64,000 nucleotides of DNA from the human T2T-CHM13v2.0 reference genome, Homo sapiens. The notes below the pieces were generated by a model that worked only from the letters and a program-made list of their open reading frames with translations, was not told the DNA's origin and did no database searches. The translations under genes were made by a program, and so were the position numbers. Positions 41,591-58,099 of this stretch are shown piece by piece (the first letter of the stretch is position 1; every line of letters begins with the position of its first letter). The stretch lies in assembly GCF_009914755.1 (NCBI RefSeq), contig NC_060929.1, one strand, 5' to 3'.

Positions 41591-44500
41591 AAAGGTATTC
41601 TTCAACTAGATAGAATGATGCTAATGTGAGGAAAGAGGAGAAATTCAGCATCCAGGGTAGTGACCGAATGGTGTTAAGTTCCCAGTCTCAATTTTTTGCA
41701 AGGTCCAGTTGCTTCTTTGTTTGTCCCTTAACTTGGTTGTCCAATTATTCCTTGGATTTCATGAAATAAACTAATGTCCCCTGGATAATTTCTTTTTGTT
41801 CCTCCAGGCAGTTCTAAATAGATTTCTGTCACATGCAAACAAGTGAGACTTGTATCATAGGAACATTTGATTGGGCCCTTAGAGGTAACTAGCCATTGTG
41901 CTAAACTCTTAACATGTATTTTACAATTTGTGCACTAGGATTAATAAGCCTTGTCCATTGGTTGCAATAAAAATTTAATTCATTTTATAAAAAGAAAAAA
42001 TCAAAAGTAAATAACTGCATATGGAACTGATGTGTTTACTAAAGATTATAAACATACTGTCAAGCATCGTCAATGCATTTCTTGTTTCTAAGAAATACAC
42101 TTTTCATTACAAATGACTTCATGGTTTAGTACAGGCATTTCAATGTTGACAAATTAAGTACAACTCTACTTTGCACAAAAGAACAAGCCACATTGCTTTG
42201 AATTCACAAATACATATGTAGATTAATTCTTTGGTGTATATATTAATAAATAACATATTTATAAACTGAGTTCTTAAAATGAAAGATTTAACATCATGAT
42301 GGCTAAAGCACTTTGCTATTTCCATTGGTTCTAACAATATTCTGCTTTCTGGTTCCCTTGGGAACAGATTTTCAAAATACAAATGATATAAAAGGTCCCT
42401 AAATATGGCCATAATCTTTATTGAATAATTTAAGATATTTTGATATCCCTTCTGTTTTGGAATGAATATTCTTTTCCTTGAATCATTTTATAAGGATTCA
42501 TATCATAGTTGCTATATGAGTGGTCCAGATGCTATGTGCTGTTACAGTTGAAAAGAAGCAGAGTATACTTTCTGGGTCGGAAGGCTCAGGGAAGGCTTCA
42601 TGAAGAAGACGGCACTGGGACAGGTCCTTGGAAATTATTAGTGTCCAGAGACCATTGACAGCAATAGGAATGCCTCTTTTAAAATATTATGTATGTAATA
42701 TACTAAACTGGGGTTCAGATAAAAAGAAATAATTAAATTTCTTTTTCACAGTAATTTGAACATTCCATTGAAATCAACAAATCCATACAGCTGGATTCTT
42801 GGCTAATTAAAAAAACATCATGCCCTTCTGATCCTACCATCTGCTGTTGAAATTAGAGAAGGCAACTTCTAGAATAAAATTATATTATTATCTAATTTGC
42901 AATGGAGTATTTTTGTTGTGTTTAGCATGGTTCTATATTGTACCTTTATTTGTAGATGACTGTCATAAGTTGCAGCAAGAGATGTTTTACAATTTCCATG
43001 ATCTCTTGGAAAAATAATAGGTCATTAAAAACAAACATTATTTATTCATCAGAGATCAAAGCATCAGTGTGGTCATTCAGTAAAATATGCTTTTAGACTT
43101 AAAAATGACTCAAATGGTTTTCTCAAGTAATAAAACAATCTCAAATGCAATAAGAGCACACTTTAAAAAAGAAAAAATTATGGCATTTAGAAGCAGTAGA
43201 AAAAATAATATATAGCCTATTTGTAATTGATTAAAACAGGACCTCTGACATATCTGTGTACTAAGGGGCTTGTTCATGGAGCCATTGCTAAGCAGGAAAG
43301 TGTCACTAATTATTTATGAAACATTTAAAAAATCATGGCTCATACTTGGCATAAATTCTAAATTAATTCCTTGAGGACTTGTATTGTATGTAGCATTAGC
43401 AGCCTGATTTGCTGACCCACACAGATCAGAGACCATTGTAGAAACTTGTGAGCAGAACTTTTCTAAATGTTTGCAAGACGTTGAAAGACTTGAAATATAT
43501 TCTTCTATCCCCAAGATTGCTTTAATAAGCAAGAAACCACAGACATTGTCTAACAATATTTGTGTATGCTTTAGTAAATGTGATGTTACGTATGTGGTAC
43601 CACATTAAGTAGCAGATGAATGAGTTTCATCCACTATGTGAATTGTATTTAGTAATGCAATAGATCACATGCTTTGAAATGATTGTCTCTGTGCCACCAT
43701 TGATTGATTCCCTCAGTTTTCAAGTACATTAGTGAGATGTGGGGTGGTCTGAGACTCTGGGTGCATCAGCCTCATCCATTTTAGCCAGCACACGATATAA
43801 GTTCCAATCTCTAAATATGCTCTGCCAATAAAAGGTTGGGAAACACTGAAAACAGCATTTATTGAGCAATGGTTATGTAGAAGATATTGCCCTATGGATT
43901 AAAAATGTTTTAAAAACAAACAACAGTATATTGTATGCTTTTAAAAGTGTTTAAAACTGAATGTAAGAGAGATAGGTAATGAATAAAAACAGTCACAAAC
44001 TCAAGTTTCTAATTGCGGCTTAAATGAATTTATCATGTATCCAAAGCCCCCATTTCCACTATAATGGAAAACAATTTTGCCAAGGAAACTTCCAGTTTAT
44101 ATCTGTATCTTCTGTATAAACTCAGGTGACTTCAAGGCTCTTCTCCTGTTCCTCTTCCCCGGGATAATCTTGGATCCTGGTACTTCCATATCTTTTTGAC
44201 ATTGGATGGAGTGGGAAGGGTCTGAGGCTCCTATCTGTGGCGTTCACTGCAGGTGCAACGTGCCATCTGTCCTCTGTGTCAGCAAAGTGCAGTGATTGCT
44301 CTGGGAAGCTCGTTCTGCTCTGTAGGTCCCTCACTGCTCATCCTCTTACCCTTCAGGGATGCCATATCTTTATTTTTGCCTAACCTCTGTGCCTCATTGG
44401 GTAGGAGAATCTTTTTGGATTTTCTCCATATCTCTAGGATTCCAGGAAGGATGGTGGAATGAGCATTAATCTCAAGGCACTTCTCTGCCTAGATCTGCTC

Positions 44501-44849
44501 TGCTGTGATTCATACCCCAGAGCAGTGGCTCTATATTGGCAAGTATCATGCTGCTAGGCTGCCTCTTTCCAGAAATCCAGAAAAGAAGTGAAGCTTTTCT
44601 TCCTTCATATTCTCAACATATTTCGCTATTTCTATGCACCCCACTTCTCTTGGTTTCAGGCCTTCAGTGGAAGAACGAAGGACGGAGGCACAACAGATGC
44701 ATGTAGCTTCCCTCTCCCAATCCTCTCCAAGCTCTTTTTCCCACTCCACATATGCACGTCCAAAGTTCTGGACAACTGGTCTTACACAAGCGTATTTCTT
44801 CCTCCCATTCACTGTAGTTTATAATCTAAATAAGTGTTGTTTTAAAATG

Positions 44850-45037
44850 TTTTAATAAAAACCTTCTGTAAGAAATACATTTTTGTATCAACCCCAGAAA
44901 TCACATACTGAATTTACTTTTACTGATTGCAATGCATTCTATTGTATTTCATTTGAAAAAAATAATACTGATCTGGTCTTAGTAAATTGATTTCACGACC
45001 TACTTGTGGGCCTTGACCAACAGTTTGAAAAGCAATG
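44850..45037. mobile_element. hAT-Charlie MITE end (MER113-like)
   Basis: aaattgatttcacgacctacttgtgggccttgaccaacagtttgaaaagcaatg. Confidence 0.65.
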
Positions 45038-45349
45038 CTATAAACCTTTACTCTGAGTTCCTACTTGCTCCTGAGAAGCAGAACCAGGATTTTAGAAACT
45101 CAGTAGGTATCTTCTACACTTGGGTGGCTGGATCATGCAAATGGAAAGAGCTTTGACCTTCAGAACAAAATCTATGCTGTGTGCTTAAAAAAGTCCATTC
45201 AAAAATCCATTTGAATTATTTCTTTGTTCTATATTCCACTCTACATCTTCAACAATGAATATCTCTGGGTATTTGAGCAGAGAACAGTAAGAAAAATGAG
45301 AGAAAGCATCTACAGATTTTATCCTGCTACATAGAAATCAGGACTGAGT

Positions 45350-45530
45350 ACCACAGAATTTTTAAATGTCACAGGAATCTAGAGAGATTAATTTTCCTAA
45401 CTGAGCAGTTCACAAAGGACACTGAGATTCAGAGTGGTTGTCTAACTTGCCCAATGCCACAGAGCTTGTTAGAGCCCAAATTCAGACTTTTCACTTTGGC
45501 TGTCATGTCACCATTCTTTCCACTTGATAC
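45350..45530 (-). mobile_element. MIR3-like SINE
   Basis: cacagaatttttaaatg...ggacactgagattcagagtggttgtctaacttgcccaatgccacagagc. Confidence 0.65.
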
Positions 45531-46931
45531 TATTTCAGTCTCTTCTTAAAATTAGAAAATTCTGCAAATGACATATAATGTACTAACATGGGGTGGGGAT
45601 GATTTGCATGATGTTTTTAATAATTGTTAGCTCCTTTTTTCTTCCTGATCTTAAAGGATTTGTGGTTGAAGTATTTATTACATCAGATGCAGTTCCTAAT
45701 TTTCTACGTTTCCATTCTCTCCTTTTTTCTTCCTTCCTTCAAATTTAGGGTGCTGAGAGAAGAGCACCCTGTTTTCTGCTCACATACCCAGGGTATACTA
45801 CCTATGTACTTTTGTAGAGTCATTATTAAGCTTTGGTCTTAAGGAGTCTGACACTCATCTTCCATAAAACAAACTTTTGAGGATTAAACTGGTCATCACC
45901 TGGCTCTTTGGCTGATTTACTCAGTAATATGAAACCATCCTCTATTTCAACTCTGTTTAGAGAAAACGTATGTTATACACTGATGTAAAAATATCTGGAC
46001 AGTTCTGATGATTTACATCAGGGATGAGCAAAAAGAACTTTATTTGAAAAAAATATGTATTTAAGAAAAAGCACTTAGCCCTTTTAGAAAGTGATTTATC
46101 AACACACGTCAAGGATTTCTGAAATACATATTAGTATTTATCTCAGTTATGATTAAAGCAAAATATTATACTGTATACAACTTAAATATAAGCAGTAGTA
46201 AGATGATTAAGTAGATTATGACACTTGTCCAGAATAAATTATTATGTAACCCTGAAATGTGATATTGATAATCAGTGCCTATGAGTATGGGGAATGCTCG
46301 TGTTTTAAAGTTTTTATAATGGACGTATTAAACTACATCCTCAGAATGAGATTAACTGTGCAAAAACAATTGCATAGAAAACTATTAGAAGAAATAGATC
46401 AAGATATAATAATGATTATCTTTGAGAGATGGACTTATAGTGGTCATATTTCTTTTTTCCTTCTGAATCTTAGCTTTTTCTTCAATTATCATGCATTATA
46501 CTTACTCAGAAAAATAAAATAATTTGAAAAAGGCATTTAAAATATGTAATATCAGTTTTAAAGTTGAAATTGAGGAAAAATTTCAGGCTTTAAGCTTTTA
46601 AAATATTTACGTTGTGTTTGATTACAATGTTCCCAAAAGCTTTGTGAGTTGGGGCATTAGTGCAGTTTTTCAGATGAAATACCCTGTGATGTAACACCGG
46701 TGAATGACAGCCACTGTTAATAATGTGAATTATGCAACACTATGTTGAACACAAAGAACATCAACTTTAAACAACAGGTGGAGTTATTATTTAGCATTTT
46801 GGATGGGGCATGCTATTTGTCTTCTGTTGCTATTTATAATTTAGGACTGTCATTTGATTCAGAACAGAGGAACTAGTTGAAAAAAGAAGTGAATAGGCAC
46901 CCCCCAACTTTCTCCTCTGTGAGGATGGTAC

Positions 46932-47102
46932 CTGCAATCAATCCTGCTAGAATGCGCAGCAGCTACAAATGGGTCTGCTTTGTTGAATTCACTGGCTGTA
47001 CCCACAGTCCACACTGTAGTAGCTGAAGCAATCTTCCTTTCAAAATATTGATTTCCTATGGAATTGTCACTTAAAATGATGGATCTGTAGTTGGGTTGGG
47101 AC
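46932..47102 (-). other. Candidate symmetric exon (171 nt, phase 2-2)
   Basis: Minus-strand acceptor catctttcctccag|, donor CAG|gtacca; only one frame open; peptide unrecognised. Confidence 0.25.
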
Positions 47103-48521
47103 CTGGAGGAAAGATGGTTGTGTTTGTGTTGCAGGCATGAATCTTGATAGGCTTTGTCCTCCACACAAAGGACAAAAGGAAAGGAAAGAAATTATTAGAG
47201 TTGAGAGAAAGATTAAGGAAAATACTTTAATCATCTTCCAATTTTACAGGCCAATTTCTAACACTTAGAGCAAGGTTATTTATGAGCCCATCATTTCACA
47301 GTAGAATTTTTTTTATTGTTCCTAAAGCCAAAGTAGTCAGAGTTATGGTTATGTACTTTTCAACAGAAATGCAGGAAGTTTTACTTTGTTGGCTATTTAT
47401 TGGTAGTAATTTTCTGTTTCTCAGAGGAGGTCTGAAGGCTGATCTTTGGGTCATAGTGATAACAGTCCTTTCATCATAAGTCAGATTTCCCAGAACCCTG
47501 CAAGTTTCCATTTAAGAAGGGCCTGATTCCTAGTTCCTTCCTTCCATCCTGAAATACTAGACCTTACTCCCTTCTTCCCACTCTCTCTTCTCTTGACTTC
47601 TTTTACATAATATAAATTTCATCCAAGAATGGATCTTCTTTTTCTGTAATTTGTCATTGCTTTTTTTCTGCCATATGAGGCCAATTATTTCATCCTTTCT
47701 TTTCTTATCTTTTTTTTTCTTTTATTCTCTGGTTTTTACTTCAGAAACAGCCCAACTTCATTGGTTTGGGGTTCATTAATCAGACTAGTTATTCACCTGA
47801 CACAGACCCTTATTCTATTATTCCAGATAGGCACAAAGCTATTAATATATCTTTTTGTTTTCTTAGTTTTAACAAATAGCCTGTGATGCAAAGCATATGC
47901 CTGAGATTGCATATGCTCATGTATTTAAGTATGTGATATACAAACACATTAGGTTCATACAGCAATTAATGTATGACTATCATCAGTTAATGCAATATTA
48001 TTCGTAAATTTTGTAATAGCAAAATTTTGGCTTTATTATCAGACAATAATCTTTAACCATTTTCTACAGTTTTTTTTTAAAAGTCACTAATTTCTCTGCC
48101 TACACCAAATATAATAAACCAAATTAAACCATTTGTAGATGATGAAACATTATCAGTGGATACCATATAACAAGTCTCTTAGGGATTTTTGAGTCACTGG
48201 GTTATTGTTTCCTCAGGCTAAATGACCACTGTGATTCTTTGTTATTGTTTTATGTGTGTATATGTGTGTGTATATATCCTTTTTGTCTACAGTCAGCTGA
48301 CTTTTCTATCTTCAACGTGTGCTTTCCACCTTCTCTAATTTTCTTTTAATCTACTATGGCCTAAAAGAATCATATCTAAACTTAGCAGAATTCTGTCCAC
48401 AGTAGAAATATTCACTGAGTGATATCTAAAAACTAAAAAATTTTAAATGTAAAGAGAGATTTAGTACACATTTTTGACCTCTATTTTTGATTAATTGTGG
48501 TCTGTAATACCTTATTCCCTA

Positions 48522-48843
<322 letters not shown>

Positions 48844-51800
48844 ATAGTTCTTGATTCTTACTAGGATAGCAGAAACATAAAATTGTTGGGCAAGTATGAT
48901 ATAGAAATATATGACTATTTATAAGCAGTATTCATAATAAATAGATCAACTATCAAAATGTTGTGAGGATTAAATATATCCTATATGCAAGTATTTAGTA
49001 CATTAAAGTCACCCAGTAGGAAAAGAAGAGAAAGAGCTAGACAGAGGGAGAGCCACAGACTGTTCTCTCAGGGAAGAATTGGCTAAAAAGGCCTGGCTTA
49101 GGACTTGTTTGGTAGCCATCTCTAGCATTTTTTACTGAATCACAATTTTTGACACCATTGTCAGACATACAGCAATCTGACCTTCATCTTTGTTTTGTTT
49201 AGGACACATTCCATACATTTCTTTATTTAGAGAATATATTTAGTTTGGATGATGGACTAGGATGTGTGTTATGTGGATGAATGTAAGGTGAAATGGAGCA
49301 TAAAAACATCAATTTAGAGCAGTGATTCTGGTTTTAGCAGTCAATTGCATTTCAAGAACACTGAAAAAAGTAGAATTAATTTGGCATATGGTTGCTGATG
49401 ATAACCTAACATCATGGCAGTATCTTATTATTGAATAATTAAAACAACACTATCAAACAGCAGTAACCCTCACAATATAAGCATAAACACATAGTAGGAT
49501 TCAGGTGCCCTATTTTAGATTCTAGTTGGTAAAATGCTGATTAATCAGAAATCTTTACATTAGGAGAATAAATCAAGTTTCAACAGTGAAATAATTTCTA
49601 CTCTAAAATAATAAAATAAACCAGCCTAATATTTCTGAAAAATTCTTCAGTAAGTTAAAATTTAAAAAAATGTTTTCTAGGAAACTCAGATAGCCAGGGT
49701 TCATCCTTTTATTGCTGGTGTAACATTGTTATTTAAAGTTTTATTGTAGTGGTATTTTTAAAGGAGACATCTCTCCTCTTTCAACATAGTAGGCCTGTAT
49801 GAATCCTTTAAGTTATCTTACAAATCCTGATTAGATATGCTTATAGAATTGTGTCTGATATGCATTTTCTATATAAACATTTTATATTAGTCTTTTTTGT
49901 ACAAGTACATGCATTATTAATGAGAAATCAACGTCATTTAGAAAACCATTTTACATAGATCATCACATTAATTTTAACCAAGATTTCTATTTTGCGTTGA
50001 GTAAATAGGCTGTTTTTTGCTTGATATTTTTGGTAAATATATGCCATTTATTACTCATCTTTGTTTAGATGAACATGCATTTCTGACATTTATCTATCTT
50101 ATTTACCAGTCACTGCTATTTATATTAGTAGGCAGTGCTATTTCCTATTTAACTTTGGTATGATCATTATGCAAGCATAATTTTGAGCTTAGCCACCTGT
50201 TTGCACATCTGTTAAGTCACAAACAAAACCATTTCTAGTGAAACTATTTCAAAGGAGAGAGGTGATAGTATGAGTAAGACATTTGTCAAGCTTAACCCTA
50301 AAGCAGTTTTGAATTAGATTTTTTCATACTATTAGTATGCATAAATTCCTGAGGATGCTTCTTGGTAGGCAGTATAATTGAGATGCTAGTGAGTATGAAT
50401 GAAGTAGCAGGGCTATTATTGATAACTCTTGGATCTAAGCCCTTAGCTTATAAATATTGAAGATGTGTTAACATGTATTGATGTTTGGTCATGAACTCTG
50501 GGGCAGTGAGATACATAAAGAAGGCACTGAATACATAATAAATGAAGAAGCCAAGACTCTGCTGTTACAGTGATGATGTACTTTCATAGGAATTTTTTTT
50601 TTCCACATGGAGAATATTCTTAAGTGTCAAATTTTTGGAAAGGAGTAGTATGGACTCTTCTAGTGCACAGGTTTGCCAAACTTCAAGAATTTACACACAA
50701 AACAAATCTCATAGGAAGCTTCTCAGAGAATGTGGTGTATTAGGTATTCTAAAGATAAAAGTTTGGTCTTATTACCTGTGTTCTTTTCCATCTTAACACT
50801 AGTAATCCATTTTGGAAACCAATTTCTACACACTATTAGGTGAATATCATCTCATTGAGTTATCAAAAACTGAATGAGCACACTCCACCCCAGTCAAACA
50901 TTTTGTCTTGTATACGGCAATGAAAGATATATGAAATGAATGGTTGCCTTTGAGAAAATGAAATACTTAAAGTTGTAGATTTTGCTATTAAATATGGAGT
51001 CATCTTTTCCTGATTTAGGAGAAATCTGAAGCTATAAAGAGAATCTTCACGAGCAAAAGTAATTAAAATATATATGTCAATGAAAAACTTACATTTATTT
51101 CATAGACTTTTTTTTTTTGGAGGATTGAGGGAAAAGCTATTAGATCAAGCTTTTGATGGTGGAAAGAAAGTTTTGACCGAGGATTTTGTCTTCCTTTCCT
51201 TGAGAAGTTTTCTGAATATGAGTTTTAACAATACGGGTAATCAGAAATTTGGAAAAGAAAAGAAAAGGCTAGTCTTGCAGGATGTCACGAAAGGGCATGA
51301 GCAAGCATTAGACAAAAAGAACACACACAGAAAAGACCCCTAAAGGGATGAATACCCAGCTTGTCACAAAAATGCTTAATGATGGAGTAAAGATAAATTT
51401 GTCAGTTCCTCATATGTTGAATATTCATTATATAGTCTATGCAGCTGTATCTTAGAATGCTGTTTCCTTTTTTTAAAAAAATTTAAAGCAGATTACTGAT
51501 TTATTCTTAGGAATGTTATTGTGTAACTTACATGCCAAAGTGAGCTATTATGAGACAGCTCTTTAAATGATTATTTTGCTATCCTCAGTAATTTTTTTTC
51601 TTATTATATGATCAGATTTATGGTATACATTTTGTTTTGGAAATATGCAAAGATTATATGAAAATGAACATTTCTCTACCTTATACTCAAGGCATTCTGA
51701 TTGGTATTTCCAGTGTTAAACTAGTGCCATGTTTAAAGAATATATGCACATATATGTTCAGGTATGAACATTGTTCCTGATTGCTTATAAATAAGAGATA

Positions 51801-51889
51801 TTAATTATTTCTCTAGGAAATTTCACAGATTAATGCAAAGTCCAATCATATGGTCTTAGATTCAACAACGTGATTCAAATTTTACAGAG

Positions 51890-51969
51890 CTTGGGAGTAA
51901 CATTAATAATATCTTATTGGAGTTTGTAACTTGGAAGTAACATTAATAATATCTCATCGGAGTTTGTAA
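51890..51969 (+). repeat. 40-bp tandem duplication
   Basis: 51890-51929 vs 51930-51969, 3 mismatches. Confidence 0.9.
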
Positions 51970-52109
51970 TTCTATATTCCAAACTGATTTAAATTACCAT
52001 TTTAAACTTTTAAAGTAATTCTTAAAGATAAATATTTGTCCTCATATCTGTCTAATCTATCTGTCTATCCCTCCATCCATTCATCTGTGGGAAGTATAAT
52101 ACCTGATTG

Positions 52110-53349
<1,240 letters not shown>

Positions 53350-53493
53350 CCCAGCACATAGTAGCTGTTTTATTCCCCCTCTCGATCCATTAAATTTGCA
53401 TTGACTACATAAGTGATAATGATTCTATGTACTAAAATTTATCATATATGAATATATATTTTCTATTATTTTACACTTACTTATCATGCTATT

Positions 53494-53965
53494 TGTAGTA
53501 GGTTAAATGGTGGCCCCAGAAGATATGTCTATGTCCTAATACCCTGAATTGTAAATGTTATCTTATTTAGGAAAAGTTAACAAAATCTTACTTGGAGAAG
53601 TCTTTGAATCTATAATTATTAATAATCTTGAGATAAGAAAGTCATCCTTGATTTCCCAGGTAGGCCCTAAATCCAATGATGAGCGACATAGCAGACAGAC
53701 AAAAGAGGAAGAGGCAACGTGAGCGTGGAGGCACCATTGGGGTGGTGTGTACACAAGTCAAGGGATGTCAAAAACCACCAGTGGCTGTTAAGAAGCAAAT
53801 AATGCAATCTCCCTTGGAGCCCCCCTAGAGACAGTGCAGCCCTTATGCACCTCAATCATTTTCTGATTTCTGGCCTCCAGAAATGTAAGAGAATACATTT
53901 CTGTTGTTTTAAGTCATCATTCAGTTTATGGTAATTTGTTACAACAGCCACAGGAAACTAGTACA
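53494..53965 (+). mobile_element. MaLR LTR (MLT1B/C-like)
   Basis: tgtagtaggttaaatggtggcccc...ttctggcctccagaaatgtaagagaatacatttctgttgttttaag...ggaaactagtaca. Confidence 0.9.
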
Positions 53966-54204
53966 CATCTAATTTTATCAGAAATATTTTCTTATGTTAT
54001 CATTGATGCACATTTTAGTGTAGCAAAAGCAAACGACTAGAAATTAAGTAAAGGAGGTGGCAATATGGACAAAGAGGGAGAAACGCATGGAAGATTTGTG
54101 AAGACAGAGCAAAATCAGAAATTTATATTCATAGAACAGAAAATTCAAACAAGTTTTTTTCCTCTTCTTTTTCAATTTTTTTTTTGTGATATTGCAGTTT
54201 ATTA

Positions 54205-54706
<502 letters not shown>

Positions 54707-55057
54707 TTAGCTATATGAACAATCACCTAAAATGCATCTTTTAAAAAAATATACGGGTTAAAAATATATCATCACAACAGGAGATTTTGAATTTTCTTAT
54801 TTGTCCTAGGTTCAATCTATTAATGCTTCTGTTTACTTGAGTATATAAAAATCTTAGGTTTTTTTACAATTATTTTTGTTTACTATTCACTTAAGTAAAC
54901 CTACTTAAGCATTTTTTTCCTTAGGTGTACAAATGTTTTCATGTAAATATATATAAGATATAATCACATAATAATAGATGAACAACTTTTCTTCATTACA
55001 CAAAGACAATGCTCACTTAGGAATTAAAGCGACGTGACTATTAGAAAATAAGATTTC

Positions 55058-55411
<354 letters not shown>

Positions 55412-56839
55412 TTAATTTTATCCAAGAAAGTAATTAAACTATTTATATTTAACAATGGCTTCCTATTTTGGTGTTTCTGTATATTAAATTGTCATATATC
55501 ATCTTTGGAAGATGTAGTCATTTTTCTTAAAAATTGATGAAATTACGAGTTATAGCCATTGAGAACCAGACTTACTGTGCTTTGTAAGAATAAAGATTAT
55601 GGCCAATGTTATATTTTAAAAATCAGATTAAGAAGGACTGGTTTCTCTATCTTGTTTTGTACAAGAGGAAATTGTTTTTTCCTAAGGGGAATACAATGGA
55701 TTTTTATCAATATTGGCCTAGATTCTGAGGGTTGCTAGCCTCTGTCCATTAGCAAGACAAGTGGAAGATAATAGGTTCTATTATTTTAATCTCCCCTTTT
55801 CCCCATCCCGAACTATCCTCTGAATCCAATTTTATTTATAAATAGTATAAATTGCTTCTCATTGTCCTCAAGTTAAGTGTAAGGTGTTTAACATTCATGA
55901 ATAAGCCCTTTTGAGTTAAGTGATTCTATCTCCTGTTACTGCCTCCCCTCCCCATCATGCTCAGCCGTCAATCATTTTATATTCTAATTATACTGAATTA
56001 TTGAACCATGCTATTCTACATCTCTGCACAACGTTACAAGTATGGAAAGGGTTCTAGAGGAGATGCAAACATGATGTAATTTGCAAAACTGGTGGGGTTG
56101 GCCTTTTTTCTGTGTATTGAGACATCTTTTAGAAGAAGTTGTCCTGAGGAAAAATGAAGAATGAGTGTGTTATAGCATAACCAATCTCAACATGTTGTCA
56201 ATCATTTGTCCACCTCCTTCTTGAGCTCATGTCTGAATCCTATGGAGGCTAAGTCAGAAAAGACTGTAAAAACAAGTCATCAAGCAGTTTCCTTAAAAAT
56301 CTTTGTAAAACATTAGGACTCCAGAGGCATTGTTTTGTAAATCTTCTCCCTGAATGGAACAAAATACAGCTCCCGGGACATTTGATTATATGAAGGCTAC
56401 ACTGGCAGCCCCCAGGGAATTGTGGTTCCATGTTGTATGATGACACTCTGAATCTATTGATATCAAAGAGGTGCCCTTGGGAACATACTTTTTCTCCTAA
56501 GGCCATATAAGGCACTACATGGGATCTCATAAATATCTGATGGTAATGATGGTGGAATTGGTAAGGACTGGGCATTCCGAATTAGTGGACAGAGAAAAGA
56601 TATCAGGAAATTGGGACCACTGGTTTTAATTTATTACCTCTTTTAAAGGCTTCAGACATCTCAGATCACTTTAAAGTTCCAGTATCTTTCCTGTCCATAC
56701 ACACTCCCTTTTACCTGTGTCAACAATGAGCTTCTGAAGCACTTGTGGTCAGTAGAAGATCGGTTCCAAAGCAGCCTTCTTTTAGAGCGAGTCTTGAAAG
56801 GCTCTTAATTGGTCATGGGTTTTTGTTTATTTTTTAAAT

Positions 56840-57095
56840 TACCCATATAAAATGTCACTTTTTTCAGAAAACCCTTTTTCCAACAACCTCACTGAAGCTC
56901 CACAGCAATTTGGCTATAACCTCCTTTGGGCCACCTCTGCATTTTGCATATGCTTCTGTTCCTGCAGTTGCACATTTTATGTATACTGTCTCCCCATTAA
57001 GAGTTTCTCATTCTTGCTGGTTTCTAAGTGTCTAACACAGTGTCTTGGCACATATTAGGAACTTAATAAATTGTCAAATAAATGAATGGACTGAA
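56840..57095 (+). mobile_element. L2 3' end
   Basis: gtgtctaacacagtgtcttggcacatattaggaacttaataaattgtcaaataaatgaatg. Confidence 0.75.
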
Positions 57096-57439
57096 TGCTA
57101 CTTTTAGGCCAAGACTATTTCTTTAGACATTACCAACATCAGAAAGTAGATATTTCCTCATGCCCCTTCAGTATCCATTATGCTTTAGCTCTTATTTCCC
57201 TTCTTAGGTATACAAACCTTCATCTCCCCTTCACAGTAGGCAACCCTATTCTGGTAGTTTGTTTGTTTGTTTTGCCTCCCTCCTTCTCTGTCTTTCCAAA
57301 CTTAATTATTCAGTGTTCTAGTCAATGGAACCTTGCTAAGTGACTGCATCTTTTCTGATTTACTCATTTATGTTGCTATATTAATTATTAGAAGTGGCTA
57401 AAATGTGTTCCTTTAATTACTATTTAAATATTGTCAAAC

Positions 57440-58099
57440 GGAAAGTGTCCTCACAGGGTTAACAAGGATCATATGCCAGGTTCTGGGCAGAAATATAGTT
57501 ATAATTAAGAATTGACCAGGCTGCACTTTGGCCCCCTTCCTTGTAATTTGATGTCACCTAGCACTAGATGGTAGCTATTTGCATTCCCATTGTTCTTATA
57601 GATAGGATTTCTGACCTTAGACTCATAAGGCTTTTGTTTAAGAGTTGATTTGCATCCCCATTGTTCCTATAGATAGGACCACTGACATTAGAATCATAAG
57701 GCTTTTGGTTTAAGAATTACTTAAGATCTTCTTCAGGTCCTGAATTCCAGCAGAACAGCTGACAGTAATCAGTTTAAAGACTCGCCTCGTGCCCCCCCCC
57801 AATACCTAGCCGCTTCACGCCACAGAGGAACTGAAGCAGCCTGAGAATGTGGTTTTTTCTTCTCCTCATCCCATGACTTCATCCTGCACTATTCAGCCAA
57901 TCAGCAATCCCCCACACCTCAGCCCACTCCAAATCATCCCTTAAAATCCCTCGTCCTAAACTCCTCAAGGAGGTATATTTGAGGTTTCCTCCCATCTTCT
58001 TGTTCGGCTGTCCTATGGGTAGTAAACATTTTCTCTGCACCAATTCCTGATGTGTCAGTATATTGACTTGCTGTGCATTGGGCAAATGAACCTATTACA
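57440..58099 (+). mobile_element. ERV1-class solo LTR (MER4 group, subfamily uncertain)
   Basis: Ends in attaca, 4-bp TSD AAAC (57436-57439, 58100-58103), ccaatcag box, cccttaaaa TATA-like element, agtaaa poly-A-like signal. Confidence 0.8.

Noticed and set aside
57578-57720. ~71-bp tandem repeat inside the ERV1 LTR
   Set aside because: The copies are fairly diverged and U3 enhancer duplications are usual in LTR consensus sequences; probably inherited with the element.
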